DNA of 64,000 nt from positions 1-64,000 of the forward strand of contig CAWGJO010000014.1 in NCBI GenBank assembly GCA_963822945.1, given 5' to 3'. Within the stretch, counting starts at the first letter, position 1, and each line of letters begins with the position of its first letter. Below are positions 22,115-33,131 of this stretch, piece after piece. The position numbers and the translations under genes were made by a program. The DNA is from an uncultured Gemmatimonadaceae bacterium. Lineage in GTDB: Bacteria > Gemmatimonadota > Gemmatimonadetes > Gemmatimonadales > Gemmatimonadaceae. Under the pieces are notes generated by a model. It saw nothing but the letters and a program-made list of their open reading frames with translations. It did not search any database and was not told the origin of the DNA.

Positions 22115-23371
22115 TCAGAGGGCGATCTGCCCGGTTCCGGCGCCTCGCCCCTCACCGGAAATCCGCAGCAGCACGCCGACCGCCAGCCAACTCGCGAACA
22201 TGAACGATCCCCCGTAACTGAAGAACGGCAGGGGGATGCCGGTGACCGGCGTGAGGTTGAGCGTCATTCCCACGTTCTCCACCACGTGCGTAAGCCACAT
22301 CGCGAGGAGACCGAACGCCACCAGGCTGCTGTAGGAATCGCTCGCCCGCGCGGCCACGCGCACGACGCGGTAGAACAGGAACGCGAACAACGCCAGCGCC
22401 ACCGTCACGCCGACGAACCCCAGTTCCTCGCCCACCACCGAGAAGATGAAGTCGGTGTGCTGCTCCGGCAGGAACGCCAGACGCTTCTGGGTCCCCATCG
22501 TGAATCCCTTCCCGAACCATCCCCCCGAACCGATGGCCACCTGCGACTGGATCACGTGATAGCCGGTGCGCAGGGGATCGCTGTTGGGATCGAGGAATAC
22601 CCGCAGCCGCGACTGCCGGTACGCGCCGAGGTGATCCCAGAGTAACGGCGCCACGACGCCGGCGATCACGTTGGCCGTGACGATGGAGACGCTCTCCCAC
22701 AAGTACGGCTTGTACCAGAGCACCAGCGCCAGCAGCAGCATGAACCAGGCGCCCCAGAGGCTGGTGTTGAACGCCAGCACCAGACTGATCACGGGACTGG
22801 CCACGAGCGCCAGCAATTCCCACGACACGCCCGCCCAGAACAGCATCAGGAAGAAGATGCCGATGAACACGATGCCCGTGCCGAGATCCGGTTGCAGCAT
22901 GATCTCCAACCACGGAATGCCCACGATGAGCGCCGGCTTCCACAGCTCGACGAGCGATTTCGGCGCCTCGCGATTGGCGGCCAGCACCTTGGCCAGCATC
23001 ATCACCACGGTGATCTTGGCCAGCTCGGATGGCTGCCCCAGCCGCACCCCGCCGATCACCAGCCAGCTCTTCGTGCCCGCCGCGGTGCCCGACCCCTTGC
23101 CGAAGAAGAACAGCATGAAGAGCACGAGGATGGTGCCCACGTACGCCGGCACCGTTGCCCATTCGAACAGCCGTACGGACGCCCGGCTCACCGCGAACGC
23201 CCCGATCAACCCCAGCGTGAACCAGAGAATCTGCTGCCGGTATACGTGCGCCACGGCCGTCGGAACGTCCGTCTGGCCGGCCGAATACACGATGGCGATC
23301 CCGTACGCCGAGAGAATCAGCGCCACGACCATCAGTGGCCAGTCGAGGGTAATGCGGCGGCCGGCGCTCAT
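22115..23371 (-). CDS. rodA: Rod shape-determining protein RodA
   Basis: QPSELAK, QPDLGT, GYHVIQSQVAIGSGG, LPEQHTDFIF and LPFFSYGGS; follows mrdA. Confidence 0.95.
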   Translation of the reverse strand: MSAGRRITLDWPLMVVALILSAYGIAIVYSAGQTDVPTAVAHVYRQQILWFTLGLIGAFAVSRASVRLFEWATVPAYVGTILVLFMLFFFGKGSGTAAGTKSWLVIGGVRLGQPSELAKITVVMMLAKVLAANREAPKSLVELWKPALIVGIPWLEIMLQPDLGTGIVFIGIFFLMLFWAGVSWELLALVASPVISLVLAFNTSLWGAWFMLLLALVLWYKPYLWESVSIVTANVIAGVVAPLLWDHLGAYRQSRLRVFLDPNSDPLRTGYHVIQSQVAIGSGGWFGKGFTMGTQKRLAFLPEQHTDFIFSVVGEELGFVGVTVALALFAFLFYRVVRVAARASDSYSSLVAFGLLAMWLTHVVENVGMTLNLTPVTGIPLPFFSYGGSFMFASWLAVGVLLRISGEGRGAGTGQIAL

Positions 23372-25152
23372 CCGCCGGTCTCCACGAGCGTGGTGACCGT
23401 GGACTTGAGGTAGTGCCCGATGATCGACGATGCGATGCGGGCGGCCCGGGGGCCGTGCCCGCCGAACTCCAGCATCACCACGACGACGATCTTCGGATCC
23501 TCGGCCGGCGCGAATCCGGCGAACCAGGCGTGGTTCAGTTCCACGCCGTTTCGCCGCACGCCGCTCTGCGCGGTGCCCGTCTTACCGGCCAGCTGCACGC
23601 CCTTGATCTGCGCGCTCGCGGCGGTGCCGCCGGTCTCCACCACCCCTTCGAGCGCGTTGCGCAGGTTTCGCAACTGGGTGTCATCGAGCGTGAAGATCCG
23701 CTCGAGTTTCGGTGGCTGCGTGGCGACCTCCGGCGTCGCCTCCACCCCGTTCTCGGCGAGCGCCGTGTAGAACTTGGCCATCCCCAGCACCGTCTGCGCG
23801 TCCTCGCCCTGGCCGATGGACATGTTCATGACCGTCGCCCCCGGGGTCCAGCCGCGTGGACCATACTTCTGATCGAAGTACTGCAGCCGATCCGGAAACC
23901 GCGGCCGGCTGTCCTCGGGCAGGTCGATTCCCGTGGGGGTGCTGAACCCGAGTCGCACACCACCGGCGATGAGCCGGGAGAGCCCGATGCGCAGCCCGAG
24001 CTGGTAGAAGTAGACGTCACACGACTTCTCGATGGCCTGGCTGAGCGTGAGATCGCCGTGCCCGGCGGGATCCCAACAGGCCCAGTACCGGTCGCCGTAG
24101 AAGTAGCGCCCCGTGCACGGCTGCGGCATGTGGTCGCCCATGTTCACGAGGCTGTCCTCGAGGCCGATCACGGCCGTGGCCAGCTTCCAGGTGGAGCCCG
24201 GGGGGTAGGTGCCCTGCGTCGCCTTGTTGTAGAGCGGTGATCGCGGATCGTTGAGCAGCGAGTCGTAGTACGCGATCGACACGCCGCCGACGAACCGATT
24301 CGGATCCCAGCTCGGCGCGCTGTAGAGCGCCAGCACGGCGCCGGTGCGCGGCTCGAGCGCCACCGCTCCCCCGGTGAGCGAATCGCCGAACAGGTGCGCG
24401 ACGTATTCCTGCAGGTCGAGATCGATGTTCGTGTACAGCGGCTTGCCCTGCTGCGGTTCGAGGTCCTCCCGCGCGCCCACTTCCCGCACCACCCGTCCGC
24501 GGGCATCCACCTCCACGAACCGGCTCCCCTCGCGGCCGCGCAGCGTCGATTCGTATTCGCGCTCCAGCCCCTGCTTTCCCACGAGCTGGCCCGGCTTGTA
24601 CCCGTCGAACGCCGGCGTGGCCAGTTCCGAGTCACTCACCTCGCCGATCGTTCCGACGAAGGCGGAGACATCGCCGCCCGCGGGATACGCCCGCTTGGGC
24701 GACGACTGGATGATCAGGTTCGGGAAATCGATCCGGTGCTCTTCCAGCACCGAGATCTCGTCGAACGTCGCGTCGGGCAGGATCACCGTGGGGCGCACCG
24801 GGCTCCGGTTGTAGCGGCGCACGGCGGCGTCGATCTCGCCGCGGCTCAACGGCACCATCTCGGCCACGCGCCGCAGCGTGCCGCGCAGGGAATCGAGCGA
24901 CTGCGGCAGAATCGAGACCGTGTACCCCACCACGTTCTCGGCAATGATCCGGCCCGTGCGGTCGAAGATGTTTCCACGCGGCGCCGGCAGGGGCACTTCC
25001 CGGAGGCGGTTCTCCTCCGACCGCAGCGCCCACTCCTGATTCCGGATCACCTGCGTGCGGAAGAACGCGAGGAGGAGGACACTGAGCGCCAACCCGATGA
25101 GCCCCATCGCAACCCGCGCCCGGTGCGCGACGGCGTTCGGGTGGAAGCTCAC
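23368..25152 (-). CDS. mrdA: Penicillin-binding protein 2
   Basis: APRGNIFDR, STWK (SxxK), SCD, KTGTAQ and HAWFAGFAP; lies in the mre cluster. Confidence 0.95.
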   Translation of the reverse strand: MSFHPNAVAHRARVAMGLIGLALSVLLLAFFRTQVIRNQEWALRSEENRLREVPLPAPRGNIFDRTGRIIAENVVGYTVSILPQSLDSLRGTLRRVAEMVPLSRGEIDAAVRRYNRSPVRPTVILPDATFDEISVLEEHRIDFPNLIIQSSPKRAYPAGGDVSAFVGTIGEVSDSELATPAFDGYKPGQLVGKQGLEREYESTLRGREGSRFVEVDARGRVVREVGAREDLEPQQGKPLYTNIDLDLQEYVAHLFGDSLTGGAVALEPRTGAVLALYSAPSWDPNRFVGGVSIAYYDSLLNDPRSPLYNKATQGTYPPGSTWKLATAVIGLEDSLVNMGDHMPQPCTGRYFYGDRYWACWDPAGHGDLTLSQAIEKSCDVYFYQLGLRIGLSRLIAGGVRLGFSTPTGIDLPEDSRPRFPDRLQYFDQKYGPRGWTPGATVMNMSIGQGEDAQTVLGMAKFYTALAENGVEATPEVATQPPKLERIFTLDDTQLRNLRNALEGVVETGGTAASAQIKGVQLAGKTGTAQSGVRRNGVELNHAWFAGFAPAEDPKIVVVVMLEFGGHGPRAARIASSIIGHYLKSTVTTLVETGG

Positions 25153-25637
25153 GCTTCCGCGTCTCCCCCGAGCGGGCGCAGGATGGCCATCGCGACCATG
25201 CCCACCACCGCCGTCAGGATGGCCGACAGCACCGACCAGAACAGCAGTTGCGCTATCAGAGCGCCGAACCCCATGTCGTGCTTCGCCAGCACGTACACGA
25301 TGTCGAAGGCCCACTTGCCCAGAAACAGGAACGCCGCGTTGATGGCGACGTTGTCGGCGAAGAACATGCCCTTGAGCCACGACGCGCCGAACCCCACCAC
25401 CGCCATGGCGAGCGCGCCGGCACCGAATCCGCTCAGCAGCAGCGAGTCGGTGGCCAGCCCCAGCCCGAACCCGAGCACCGCCGCCCAACCGGGACGCAGC
25501 CGCACGGCGGCATACAGCACGGCCATCACGAGGAAGTCGGGCGACGCACGCCAGGGAATCAGTGGCTGCACCACGAACTGCAGCACCACGAGTACCACGA
25601 CCACCGCCCCGGTGCGGATCGCGTGCCGCGCGCTCAC
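25149..25637 (-). CDS. mreD: Rod shape-determining protein MreD
   Basis: Hydrophobic 162-aa protein with PDFL and GFGLGLATD motifs, between mreC and mrdA. Confidence 0.85.
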   Translation of the reverse strand: MSARHAIRTGAVVVVLVVLQFVVQPLIPWRASPDFLVMAVLYAAVRLRPGWAAVLGFGLGLATDSLLLSGFGAGALAMAVVGFGASWLKGMFFADNVAINAAFLFLGKWAFDIVYVLAKHDMGFGALIAQLLFWSVLSAILTAVVGMVAMAILRPLGGDAEA

Positions 25638-26626
25638 CGCGGCCCCCCGCCCGGCGGACGCCGGGTCGTATCGATGCGCGCGCTGTCGGCGCGAGCCCGG
25701 CGGCGGAGCGCCTCGAGTTCGGCCGCGTGCCGGGCCAGCGAATCGGCCACCACGGTCATCCGGTGCTGCGCCGAATCGACGGTGGCGCTGTCCGCCCATG
25801 CATCGCCCACACTCTGCTGCGATCGATCGGGCGTCATCACCATTACCGAGTTCACGTTGGCGGGATTCACGGCCGGTCGGAGGAGATACGTGCGCGACCA
25901 ACCCTCGGTGGTCCGAATCTCCGCCATCACCGTGCCCACGGGAATGCCCCGCGGAAAGGTGCCGCCGAGCCCCGACGTGATGATCTCGGTGCCGGGCTTG
26001 AGCAGGGTCCGGAAGGCGACGTTCCGCAATTCGAGCAGGTACCCCGCGGATCCCGACCCGGCATGCGGGTACACGATGCCGAACACCGCCCCGTCCAGCG
26101 TCATCGCGCTGACACGAAAATCGGGGTGGGAGAACAGCATGACGATGCTCGTGGTGGGATCGGCCGACTGGACGAGGCCGATCACGCCGTCCGGTCCGAC
26201 CACGGGACTGTACGTCGAGATTCCGGCGTTGCTTCCCGCGCTCAACACCAGGGAGGTGATCACGTCTCCCGGGCGTCCGTGCTCCTGCAGCGCCACGGCG
26301 GGAATGATGCCCCACTTGAGCCGGCCGCCCAGGCCGAGGAGGTGGCGCAGCCGGTCGTTCTCCAGCCGCAGCGCCTTCGCCTCATCCGCGGCCGCCACCA
26401 GCGTATCGCGCCCCAGGGCCAGCTTCTCGGATTCGAGCCACGCCACCCGCCACTGCTTCGCCCCGCGCTGCACCGTGACCAGCGGGGCCATCAGGGTGCG
26501 CCGCAGCGCCCCCGAGATCGGCGCGCGCGCGTCGGGCGGGAGCGCCATCGCGAACACCGAGAGGACGATGCACAACGCGAGGACCGCGATGTCGGCCCGG
26601 GTGCCGGAACGAGCGGCGCGTGCCAC
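25634..26626 (-). CDS. mreC: Rod shape-determining protein MreC
   Basis: TM helix plus coiled coil LRLENDRLRHLL, and TSGLGGTFPRGIPVG. Confidence 0.92.
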   Translation of the reverse strand: MARAARSGTRADIAVLALCIVLSVFAMALPPDARAPISGALRRTLMAPLVTVQRGAKQWRVAWLESEKLALGRDTLVAAADEAKALRLENDRLRHLLGLGGRLKWGIIPAVALQEHGRPGDVITSLVLSAGSNAGISTYSPVVGPDGVIGLVQSADPTTSIVMLFSHPDFRVSAMTLDGAVFGIVYPHAGSGSAGYLLELRNVAFRTLLKPGTEIITSGLGGTFPRGIPVGTVMAEIRTTEGWSRTYLLRPAVNPANVNSVMVMTPDRSQQSVGDAWADSATVDSAQHRMTVVADSLARHAAELEALRRRARADSARIDTTRRPPGGGPR

Positions 26627-26635
26627 GACCAGTCC

Positions 26636-27673
26636 TCAGCTGCTCAGCACGGACCAGTACTTCTCCTCGTCGTCGAGAATCCGCCCGGTGCCGCGTACGA
26701 CACAGGTAAGCGGGTCCTCGTCCACGTGAATCGGCAGGCTCGTTTCCTGACTCAACAGCAGGTCGAGACCGCGGATCAACGCACCGCCACCCGTCATGAC
26801 GATGCCGCGATCCACGATGTCGCTGGCCAGCTCGGGGGGCGTGATTTCCAGCGCGCGGCGCACGGCGTCCACGATCTGCTGCACCGGTTCCTGGATCGCT
26901 TCGCGGATCTCGCTGGAGTGCACGCGCACGGTCTTCGGGATTCCGGACACCAGGTCGCGCCCCTTCACCTCCATCTCCCGCTCGTCGCCCACCGGCGCCG
27001 CCGACCCGACCTGGATCTTCACCTGCTCCGCCGTCTGCTCGCCGATCAGCAGGTTGTAGTTCTTGCGCAGGAATTGCACGATCGCGATGTCGAGCTCGTC
27101 GCCGCCCGTGCGGATCGACGTGTCGCTCACGATCCCGGACAGGGCGATGACGGCGATCTCCGTGGTGCCGCCGCCGATGTCGATCACCATGTTGCCCGTG
27201 GGCGTCTCGACGGGGAGCCCCACGCCGATCGCCGCCGCCATGGGTTCGGCGACCATGAACACTTCCTTGGCCCCCGCTCCCATGGCCGAGTCGCGCACGG
27301 CGCGCTTTTCGACTTCTGTAATACCGGAGGGCACGCACACGATCACACGCGGCTTCACCTTGAACACGTGGTTCTCGATGATCAGCGTGAGAAAGTAGCG
27401 GAGCATCTTCTCGGTGACGTCGAAGTCGGCGATCACACCGTCCTTCATCGGGCGCACCGCGATCACGCCATCGGGCGTGCGCCCCAGCATTCGCTTGGCT
27501 TCGAGTCCGACGCTCTTGATCACCTTCGTCTCGCGGTCGATCGCGACGACGGAGGGCTCGTTGAGCACGATCCCTTCACCCTTCACGTAGATCAGGGTAT
27601 TCGCCGTGCCGAGATCGACACCGATCGCATTGGCGGGAAACAGAGAGCCCGCTTTGAAAAAAGGCCAGCGCAT
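26636..27673 (-). CDS. mreB: Actin-like protein MreB
   Basis: [32 protein letters not shown] and TGGGAL. Confidence 0.98.
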   Translation of the reverse strand: MRWPFFKAGSLFPANAIGVDLGTANTLIYVKGEGIVLNEPSVVAIDRETKVIKSVGLEAKRMLGRTPDGVIAVRPMKDGVIADFDVTEKMLRYFLTLIIENHVFKVKPRVIVCVPSGITEVEKRAVRDSAMGAGAKEVFMVAEPMAAAIGVGLPVETPTGNMVIDIGGGTTEIAVIALSGIVSDTSIRTGGDELDIAIVQFLRKNYNLLIGEQTAEQVKIQVGSAAPVGDEREMEVKGRDLVSGIPKTVRVHSSEIREAIQEPVQQIVDAVRRALEITPPELASDIVDRGIVMTGGGALIRGLDLLLSQETSLPIHVDEDPLTCVVRGTGRILDDEEKYWSVLSS

Positions 27674-27831
27674 CAGCCGGTAATCTTGACCCGAAGTATG
27701 AGGACGGTGGGCGGCGAATCGAGGTCGGCCATCGGCGGCAGTCCGCGAACGTACCGCCGCAGGGCGATGCCAGCAAGATATTGACTTACCGTAACCTACG
27801 CCACTCAAGACGACCCTGCCCCGGGGATGGT

Positions 27832-27870
27832 AAAAGGGGGGCGGGAGCCCATCGGACCCCCGCCCCCCTT
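27832..27870 (-). terminator. Intrinsic terminator downstream of ald
   Basis: AAGGGGGGCGGG...CCCGCCCCCCTT stem ending in a short U run on the minus strand. Confidence 0.65.
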
Positions 27871-27895
27871 GCCTGACCTACCACCGCCGTCGACC

Positions 27896-29011
27896 TCAGG
27901 CCAGAAGCTTCGCGGCCTCCACGTACGGCAGGCCGAAGGCCTCGGCCACAGCCTGATACGTCACCTGCCCCTCGGCCACGTTCAGCCCCTTGAGCAGGGC
28001 CGGATTCTCCTTCAGCGCCCGCTTCCACCCCTTGTTCGCCAACTGGAGGGCATACGGCAGCGTCGCGTTGGTGAGCGCCAGCGTGGACGTTCTGGGGACG
28101 CCTCCCGGCATGTTGGCCACGCCGTAATGGATCACGCCGTCCACCACATAGGTCGGATTCTCGTGCGTCGTGGCGTGGATCGTCTCCACGCACCCACCCT
28201 GATCGATCGCCACGTCCACGATCACCGAGCCGGGCTGCATCAGCTTGAGATCCTCGCGCCGCACCAGCTTCGGCGCCTTGGCCCCGGCAATGAGCACGCC
28301 GCCGATCACGAGATCCGCCGTCGCGATGGCCTCGAGAATGTTGTGGCGGTTGGAGTGGATGAGCTGCACGTTGGCCGGCATCACGTCGCTGAGGTAGCGC
28401 AGCCGCTCAAGCGACAGGTCCAGGATGATCACCTTGGCGCCCATGCCGGCGGCCATCTTGGCGGCATTGGTGCCCACCACGCCGCCGCCCAGCACCACCA
28501 CCTTGGCCGGGGCCACCCCCGGCACGCCACCCAGCAGCACCCCGCGGCCGCCGTACAGCTTCTCCAGATACTTGGCGCCTTCCTGCACCGCCATGCGCCC
28601 CGCCACCTCCGACATCGGTGTCAGCAGGGGCAGGTCGCGATCGGGCAGTTCCACGGTCTCGTACGCCACGCACACGGCGCCGCTGTCGATATGGGCCTTG
28701 GTCAACCGTTCGTCGGCCGCGAAATGGAAGTACGTGAAGAGGAGCTGCCCGCGCCGCATGTGCTTCCACTCGGGCTCGATCGGCTCCTTCACCTTCATGA
28801 TCATCTCACTGTCGCGCCACACGGTCGCCGCGTCGGGCGCGATCTTGGCGCCGACCGCGGTATACATCGAATCGTCGAACCCGCTGCCGTCGCCGGCGCC
28901 GGTCTCGATGAGCACGGAATGCCCGGCGCTGATCAGCGCCTCGGCACCCGCCGGAACGAGCGCGATGCGGTTCTCGTTCGTCTTGATTTCCTTCGGAACG
29001 CCAACTTTCAT
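27896..29011 (-). CDS. ald: Alanine dehydrogenase
   Basis: GVPKEIKTNENR, KVKEP, PMSEVAGR, GGGVVG, DVAIDQGGC and VANMPG. Confidence 0.97.
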   Translation of the reverse strand: MKVGVPKEIKTNENRIALVPAGAEALISAGHSVLIETGAGDGSGFDDSMYTAVGAKIAPDAATVWRDSEMIMKVKEPIEPEWKHMRRGQLLFTYFHFAADERLTKAHIDSGAVCVAYETVELPDRDLPLLTPMSEVAGRMAVQEGAKYLEKLYGGRGVLLGGVPGVAPAKVVVLGGGVVGTNAAKMAAGMGAKVIILDLSLERLRYLSDVMPANVQLIHSNRHNILEAIATADLVIGGVLIAGAKAPKLVRREDLKLMQPGSVIVDVAIDQGGCVETIHATTHENPTYVVDGVIHYGVANMPGGVPRTSTLALTNATLPYALQLANKGWKRALKENPALLKGLNVAEGQVTYQAVAEAFGLPYVEAAKLLA

Positions 29012-29165
29012 GGCTCGATTGGTTGCGAGTTGGAATGGCCGGCCGGGACGGCCCAGTTGCCGCCCGGCTAGGGACCGAAGGGAAACTTAAGGGCCGGTCG
29101 GACCGGACGCACAGGGGGACGCGGACCGGGGCAATCGGCCCCGCCTGCCCCCGGCGCCCGGACCC

Positions 29166-30435
29166 TCAGCTCGCCGAGCCCGGCCCGAGCGAGAGAATCG
29201 TCTGGGCTGCCGGCTCGAAGAAGGTCCGCGCAACGTCGCGCACCGCCTCCTCGTCCACGGCGTCCACGAGCGCCAGCAGCTCGTCCAGCGACCGGTACGG
29301 CTCCTCGTAGAGGGCCACCGAGGCAGCCCGGTACATGCGCGAGGCCGGGCTCTCCAGCGACAGCACGAGATTGCCCTTGAGCTGCTCCTTGCCCATCGCC
29401 AACTCGCTCGCGGGCAGCCCCTCGTCGGCCAGCCGCCGCAGTTCCACCCGGATGGCGTCGAGGGCCCGCGGGGCCGTGTCAGGGCCCGTCCCCACGTACA
29501 CGCCATGCATCCCGGTGAGTTCGTGCAGCGTCTGGTAGGTGTACACGGCGTAGGCGAGACCGAGTTCCTCGCGCACCCGCTGGAAGAGTCGGGAGCTCAT
29601 CCCGCCGCCCATGAGCATGCTCACCAGCACCAGCGCGTGGCGCCGCGGGTCGCCGTGCCGCACGGCGCGCGAACCGACCACCAGGTGCGTCTGGGCGCCG
29701 TCACGGTCCACGTGCCGGACCTCCGGCGCGACGTCGGGCACCGGAGCCACCGTGGGCTGCAGGTGCCCGCCCCGCGGCTGGGCCGCCCAGCCGGTGCGCG
29801 CCAGGACCTCCAGCAGCTCGTCGTGCTGCACGTTGCCGGCCACCGCCACCACGATATGCTCGGGGTGGTAGGCCCGCTCGTGGAGCGCGCGCAGCTCGGC
29901 CGTTCCCAACCGGGACACGGTCTCCCGCGTCCCGAGGATCGAGTACCCCAGAGGGTGATCGCCCCAGAGCGCCGCGTTGTGCAGCTCGAAGACGAGGTCG
30001 TCCGGGGTGTCCTCCACCATCGCGATCTCTTCCAGGATCACCCGGCGTTCGAGCGTCAGGTCGGCGTCGCGCAGCGCGGGGTGGAACACCATGTCCCCGA
30101 TCACGTCGCGCCGCCAGTTCCAGGTGCGCATCCAGCACCCGTGCCTGGTACACCGTGTGCTCGCGGGACGTGTAGGCGTCGAGCCCACCGCCCACCGCCT
30201 CGAGCGCCAACGCGATCTCGGCCGCGCTGCGCCGCTCCGTGCCCTTGAACACCATGTGCTCGAGCAGGTGGGACACCCCCATCTCCTCTGCGCGCTCGTG
30301 CACCGACGCTGACCGGATCCACGCCCCAAACGACACCGACCGCACTCCCGGCATCTGCTCCGAGAGTACGGTCAGCCCGTTCGGCAGGACGGTCCGGCGA
30401 AACGCGGTGTCGCCGCGCTGCGCCGGTGCGGTCAC
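29166..30435 (-). CDS. M16 family zinc peptidase (frameshift at ~30110)
   Basis: HLLEHMVFKGT (HxxEH), AYTSREHT and GGGMSSRLFQRVREELGLAY; typical position downstream of pnp. Confidence 0.92.
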
Positions 30436-32654
30436 GACCGGCGCGACCGCTCGCCGCGGCGGCCGCCACCACGGCGTCCTCCGCGATCCCCACGATCCTC
30501 GTGGTCGCCCGAGGCCTCGGCGGCCCCATTGCCTTCCGCCGGCGGGGCGGCGTCTTCGGGCGTGCCTTCCGGCTTCGGCAGCAGCGCCTTCATGGACAGG
30601 CGGAGGCGGCCACGCTCATCGCGCTCGATGAGCTTGACCTTCACGCGGTCTCCCTTCTTGACCACGTCCTCGGTCCTCTCCGTACGGCCGTGGCGCATCT
30701 CGGAGATGTGCAGCAGCCCTTCGGTACCGGGCATGATCTCGATGAACGCGCCGAACGCCGTGGTCGACTTGACCGGGCCCTCGTAGATCTCGCCGACGAC
30801 CGGCTCGGCGGTGATCGCCTGCACCATCTGCCGGGCGCGCTCCATGGCCTCGCCGCCGACGGCGGCGATCGTGACCAGACCGGAGTCGTCCACGGTGAGT
30901 TCGGCGCCCGTCTCGTCCTGGATGCCGCGAATCGTCTTGCCCTTGGGACCGATCAGGTCGCCGATCTTCTCGGGGTTGATGGTCATCGTGACGATGCGCG
31001 GGGCGTACGGCGACAGGTCGGCGCGCGGGGTCTCGAGCGCCTTGTTCATCTCGCCGAGAATGTGCATCCGCCCTTCGCGGGCCTGGGCCAGGGCTTCCTT
31101 CATGATCTTGAGGTCGAGCCCCTGGATCTTGATGTCCATCTGGATGGACGTGATGCCCTGCGACGTGCCCGCCACCTTGAAGTCCATGTCACCGAGGTGG
31201 TCTTCGGTGCCCAGGATGTCGGTGAGGATCGCGTACTTCTTGCCTTCCTTGATGAGTCCCATTGCCACACCGGCCACGGCCGCGCCCATGGGAACGCCGG
31301 CGCCGAACAGGGCCAGCGAGCCGCCGCAGATCGACGCCATGGACGACGATCCGTTGGACTCCATGATGTCGGAGACGATGCGGATGGTATACGGGAACTC
31401 CTCGAACGGCGGCAGCATGGCCTGCAGCGCGCGCTCGGCCAGGTTGCCGTGGCCGATCTCGCGCCGCGACGTGCCGCGCATCGGCCGCACCTCACCCGTC
31501 GAGAACGGCGGGAAGTTGTAGTGCAGCATGAACGACTTCGTCGACTCCTGGGGCTCGTCGATGCTGTCGAGCCGCTGGACGTCGTTGGCCGTTCCGAGCG
31601 TCACGCTGACGAGCGCCTGGGTCTGGCCGCGCGTGAACAGCGACGAGCCGTGGGCCCTGGGCAGGACGTCCATATCGATCGTGATCTGCCGGACTTCGGT
31701 CGCCTTGCGGCCGTCGACGCGCTGCTTGGTGTCGAGCACCTGCGAGCGGAGGCTCTCGTACTCAACGTCGCCGAGCACCGCCTTCACGTCGCCACCGTTG
31801 TCCGGGAATTCTTCCTTGAGCTGGTCGGCGACCTCGTCCTTCACCCGCTCCACGGCCTGCACGCGGGTGTGCTTGTCCTTCTGGTTGATCGCTTCGGCGA
31901 TCTTCGGCTCGGCAAGCTCGCGCACGCGAGCTTCGAGCGCTTCGGGGCGCTCGGGCTTCTTCCACTCCATCTTGGCCGGGCGATCGATCTTGCCGAGCAG
32001 CTCCACCTGGGCGGCGATCAACTCCTTGATGCCGCCGTGCGCCACTTCGAGCGCCGAGACGACGTCATCCTCGGACACCTGCAGGGCACCGCCCTCGACC
32101 ATCACGATCGAGTCGTCGGACCCGGCGACGACGAGGTCCATGTCGCTGTACTCGAGCTGCTGGAAGGTCGGGTTGAGCACCCAGTTGTCCTGCACTCGGC
32201 CCACGCGGACGCCGGCGATCGGTCCCATGAACGGGATGCGCGAGGCGTTGATGGCGAACGACGCGGCGACCAGCGCCAGCACGTCGGCGTCGTTCTCCTG
32301 ATCGGCGGAGACGACGTAGATGAAGACCTGGACTTCGTTCTTGAAGCCTTCCGGAAACAGAGGGCGGATCGAGCGGTCGATGACGCGCGCCGCGAGGATC
32401 TCATGATCGTGCGGGCGTCCTTCGCGCTTGATGAAGCCGCCCGGGATCTTGCCGGCGGCGTAGGTCTTCTCGCGATACTCGACGAGCAGGGGGAAAAATG
32501 GGAGCGTCGATTCCTTGTCGCTCACGGTGCAGGCCGCGATCACCATCGTGTCGCCGAACTGCACGACGGCCGAGCCGGCCGCCTGCTTCGCCATACGGCC
32601 CGTCTCGATGACGAGCTTCCGACCGGCGAAGGTCTTCTCGATGCGTTGCATCAT
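30432..32654 (-). CDS. pnp: Polyribonucleotide nucleotidyltransferase
   Basis: IPGGFIKREGRP, RREIGHG, ESNGSSSMAS and DHLGDMDFKVAG, plus KH and S1 domains. Confidence 0.98.
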   Translation of the reverse strand: MMQRIEKTFAGRKLVIETGRMAKQAAGSAVVQFGDTMVIAACTVSDKESTLPFFPLLVEYREKTYAAGKIPGGFIKREGRPHDHEILAARVIDRSIRPLFPEGFKNEVQVFIYVVSADQENDADVLALVAASFAINASRIPFMGPIAGVRVGRVQDNWVLNPTFQQLEYSDMDLVVAGSDDSIVMVEGGALQVSEDDVVSALEVAHGGIKELIAAQVELLGKIDRPAKMEWKKPERPEALEARVRELAEPKIAEAINQKDKHTRVQAVERVKDEVADQLKEEFPDNGGDVKAVLGDVEYESLRSQVLDTKQRVDGRKATEVRQITIDMDVLPRAHGSSLFTRGQTQALVSVTLGTANDVQRLDSIDEPQESTKSFMLHYNFPPFSTGEVRPMRGTSRREIGHGNLAERALQAMLPPFEEFPYTIRIVSDIMESNGSSSMASICGGSLALFGAGVPMGAAVAGVAMGLIKEGKKYAILTDILGTEDHLGDMDFKVAGTSQGITSIQMDIKIQGLDLKIMKEALAQAREGRMHILGEMNKALETPRADLSPYAPRIVTMTINPEKIGDLIGPKGKTIRGIQDETGAELTVDDSGLVTIAAVGGEAMERARQMVQAITAEPVVGEIYEGPVKSTTAFGAFIEIMPGTEGLLHISEMRHGRTERTEDVVKKGDRVKVKLIERDERGRLRLSMKALLPKPEGTPEDAAPPAEGNGAAEASGDHEDRGDRGGRRGGGRRGERSRRS

Positions 32655-32677
32655 TGCGTTGTAGCCTCGTGGAATAC

Positions 32678-32717
32678 AAAAAGCGCGCGGGCCACTGTGG
32701 TGTGGCTCCCCGCGCGC
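32678..32717 (-). terminator. Intrinsic terminator / stem-loop between rpsO and pnp
   Basis: GCGCGCGG-GGA-GCCAC-ACCACA-GTGGC-CCGCGCGC-TTTTT. Confidence 0.7.
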
Positions 32718-32735
32718 GTGCTCATCACGTGCACT

Positions 32736-32996
32736 CTAGTACCGAAGACCGAGGTCCTGCACGAGCTGGCGATAGCTCTCGACATCCGTGCGCCGCAGAT
32801 AGCTCATGAGCCGCTTCCGCTGGCCGACCATCTTCAGCAGGCCGCGCCGGCTGTGATGGTCCTTCTTGTGCGTGCGGAAGTGCTCGGTCAGGTAGTTGAT
32901 GCGCTCGGTGAGCACGGCAACCTGGAGCTTCGTCGAGCCGGTGTCGGTCTCGTGGGCCTTGTACTTCGCGATCTCGGGTGACTTCTGAAATGGCAT
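32736..32996 (-). CDS. rpsO: 30S ribosomal protein S15
   Basis: [34 protein letters not shown]. Confidence 0.98.
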   Translation of the reverse strand: MPFQKSPEIAKYKAHETDTGSTKLQVAVLTERINYLTEHFRTHKKDHHSRRGLLKMVGQRKRLMSYLRRTDVESYRQLVQDLGLRY

Positions 32997-33058
32997 GACG
33001 TGATGATCCCCGCCCCAGTGGCGGTATGTTGATTAAACCGAATCAGTTGCAGCAGATG

Positions 33059-33087
33059 AAGTTAACGGAGTACGTATTCCGTGTAAA
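33059..33087 (-). promoter_or_regulatory. rpsO promoter
   Basis: TTTACA-17bp-TAACTT. Confidence 0.6.
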
Positions 33088-33131
33088 GGGAGGGTGGCGA
33101 CGTTCGCAGCCCCGCGTCCCCACCGGCGACC

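Noticed and set aside
30426..32981. Long antisense ORFs (851 aa opposite pnp, 740 aa opposite mreBC, 715 aa opposite porin-pstS, and others)
   Set aside because: These are shadow ORFs expected from strong GC3 codon bias; they show no recognisable motifs.
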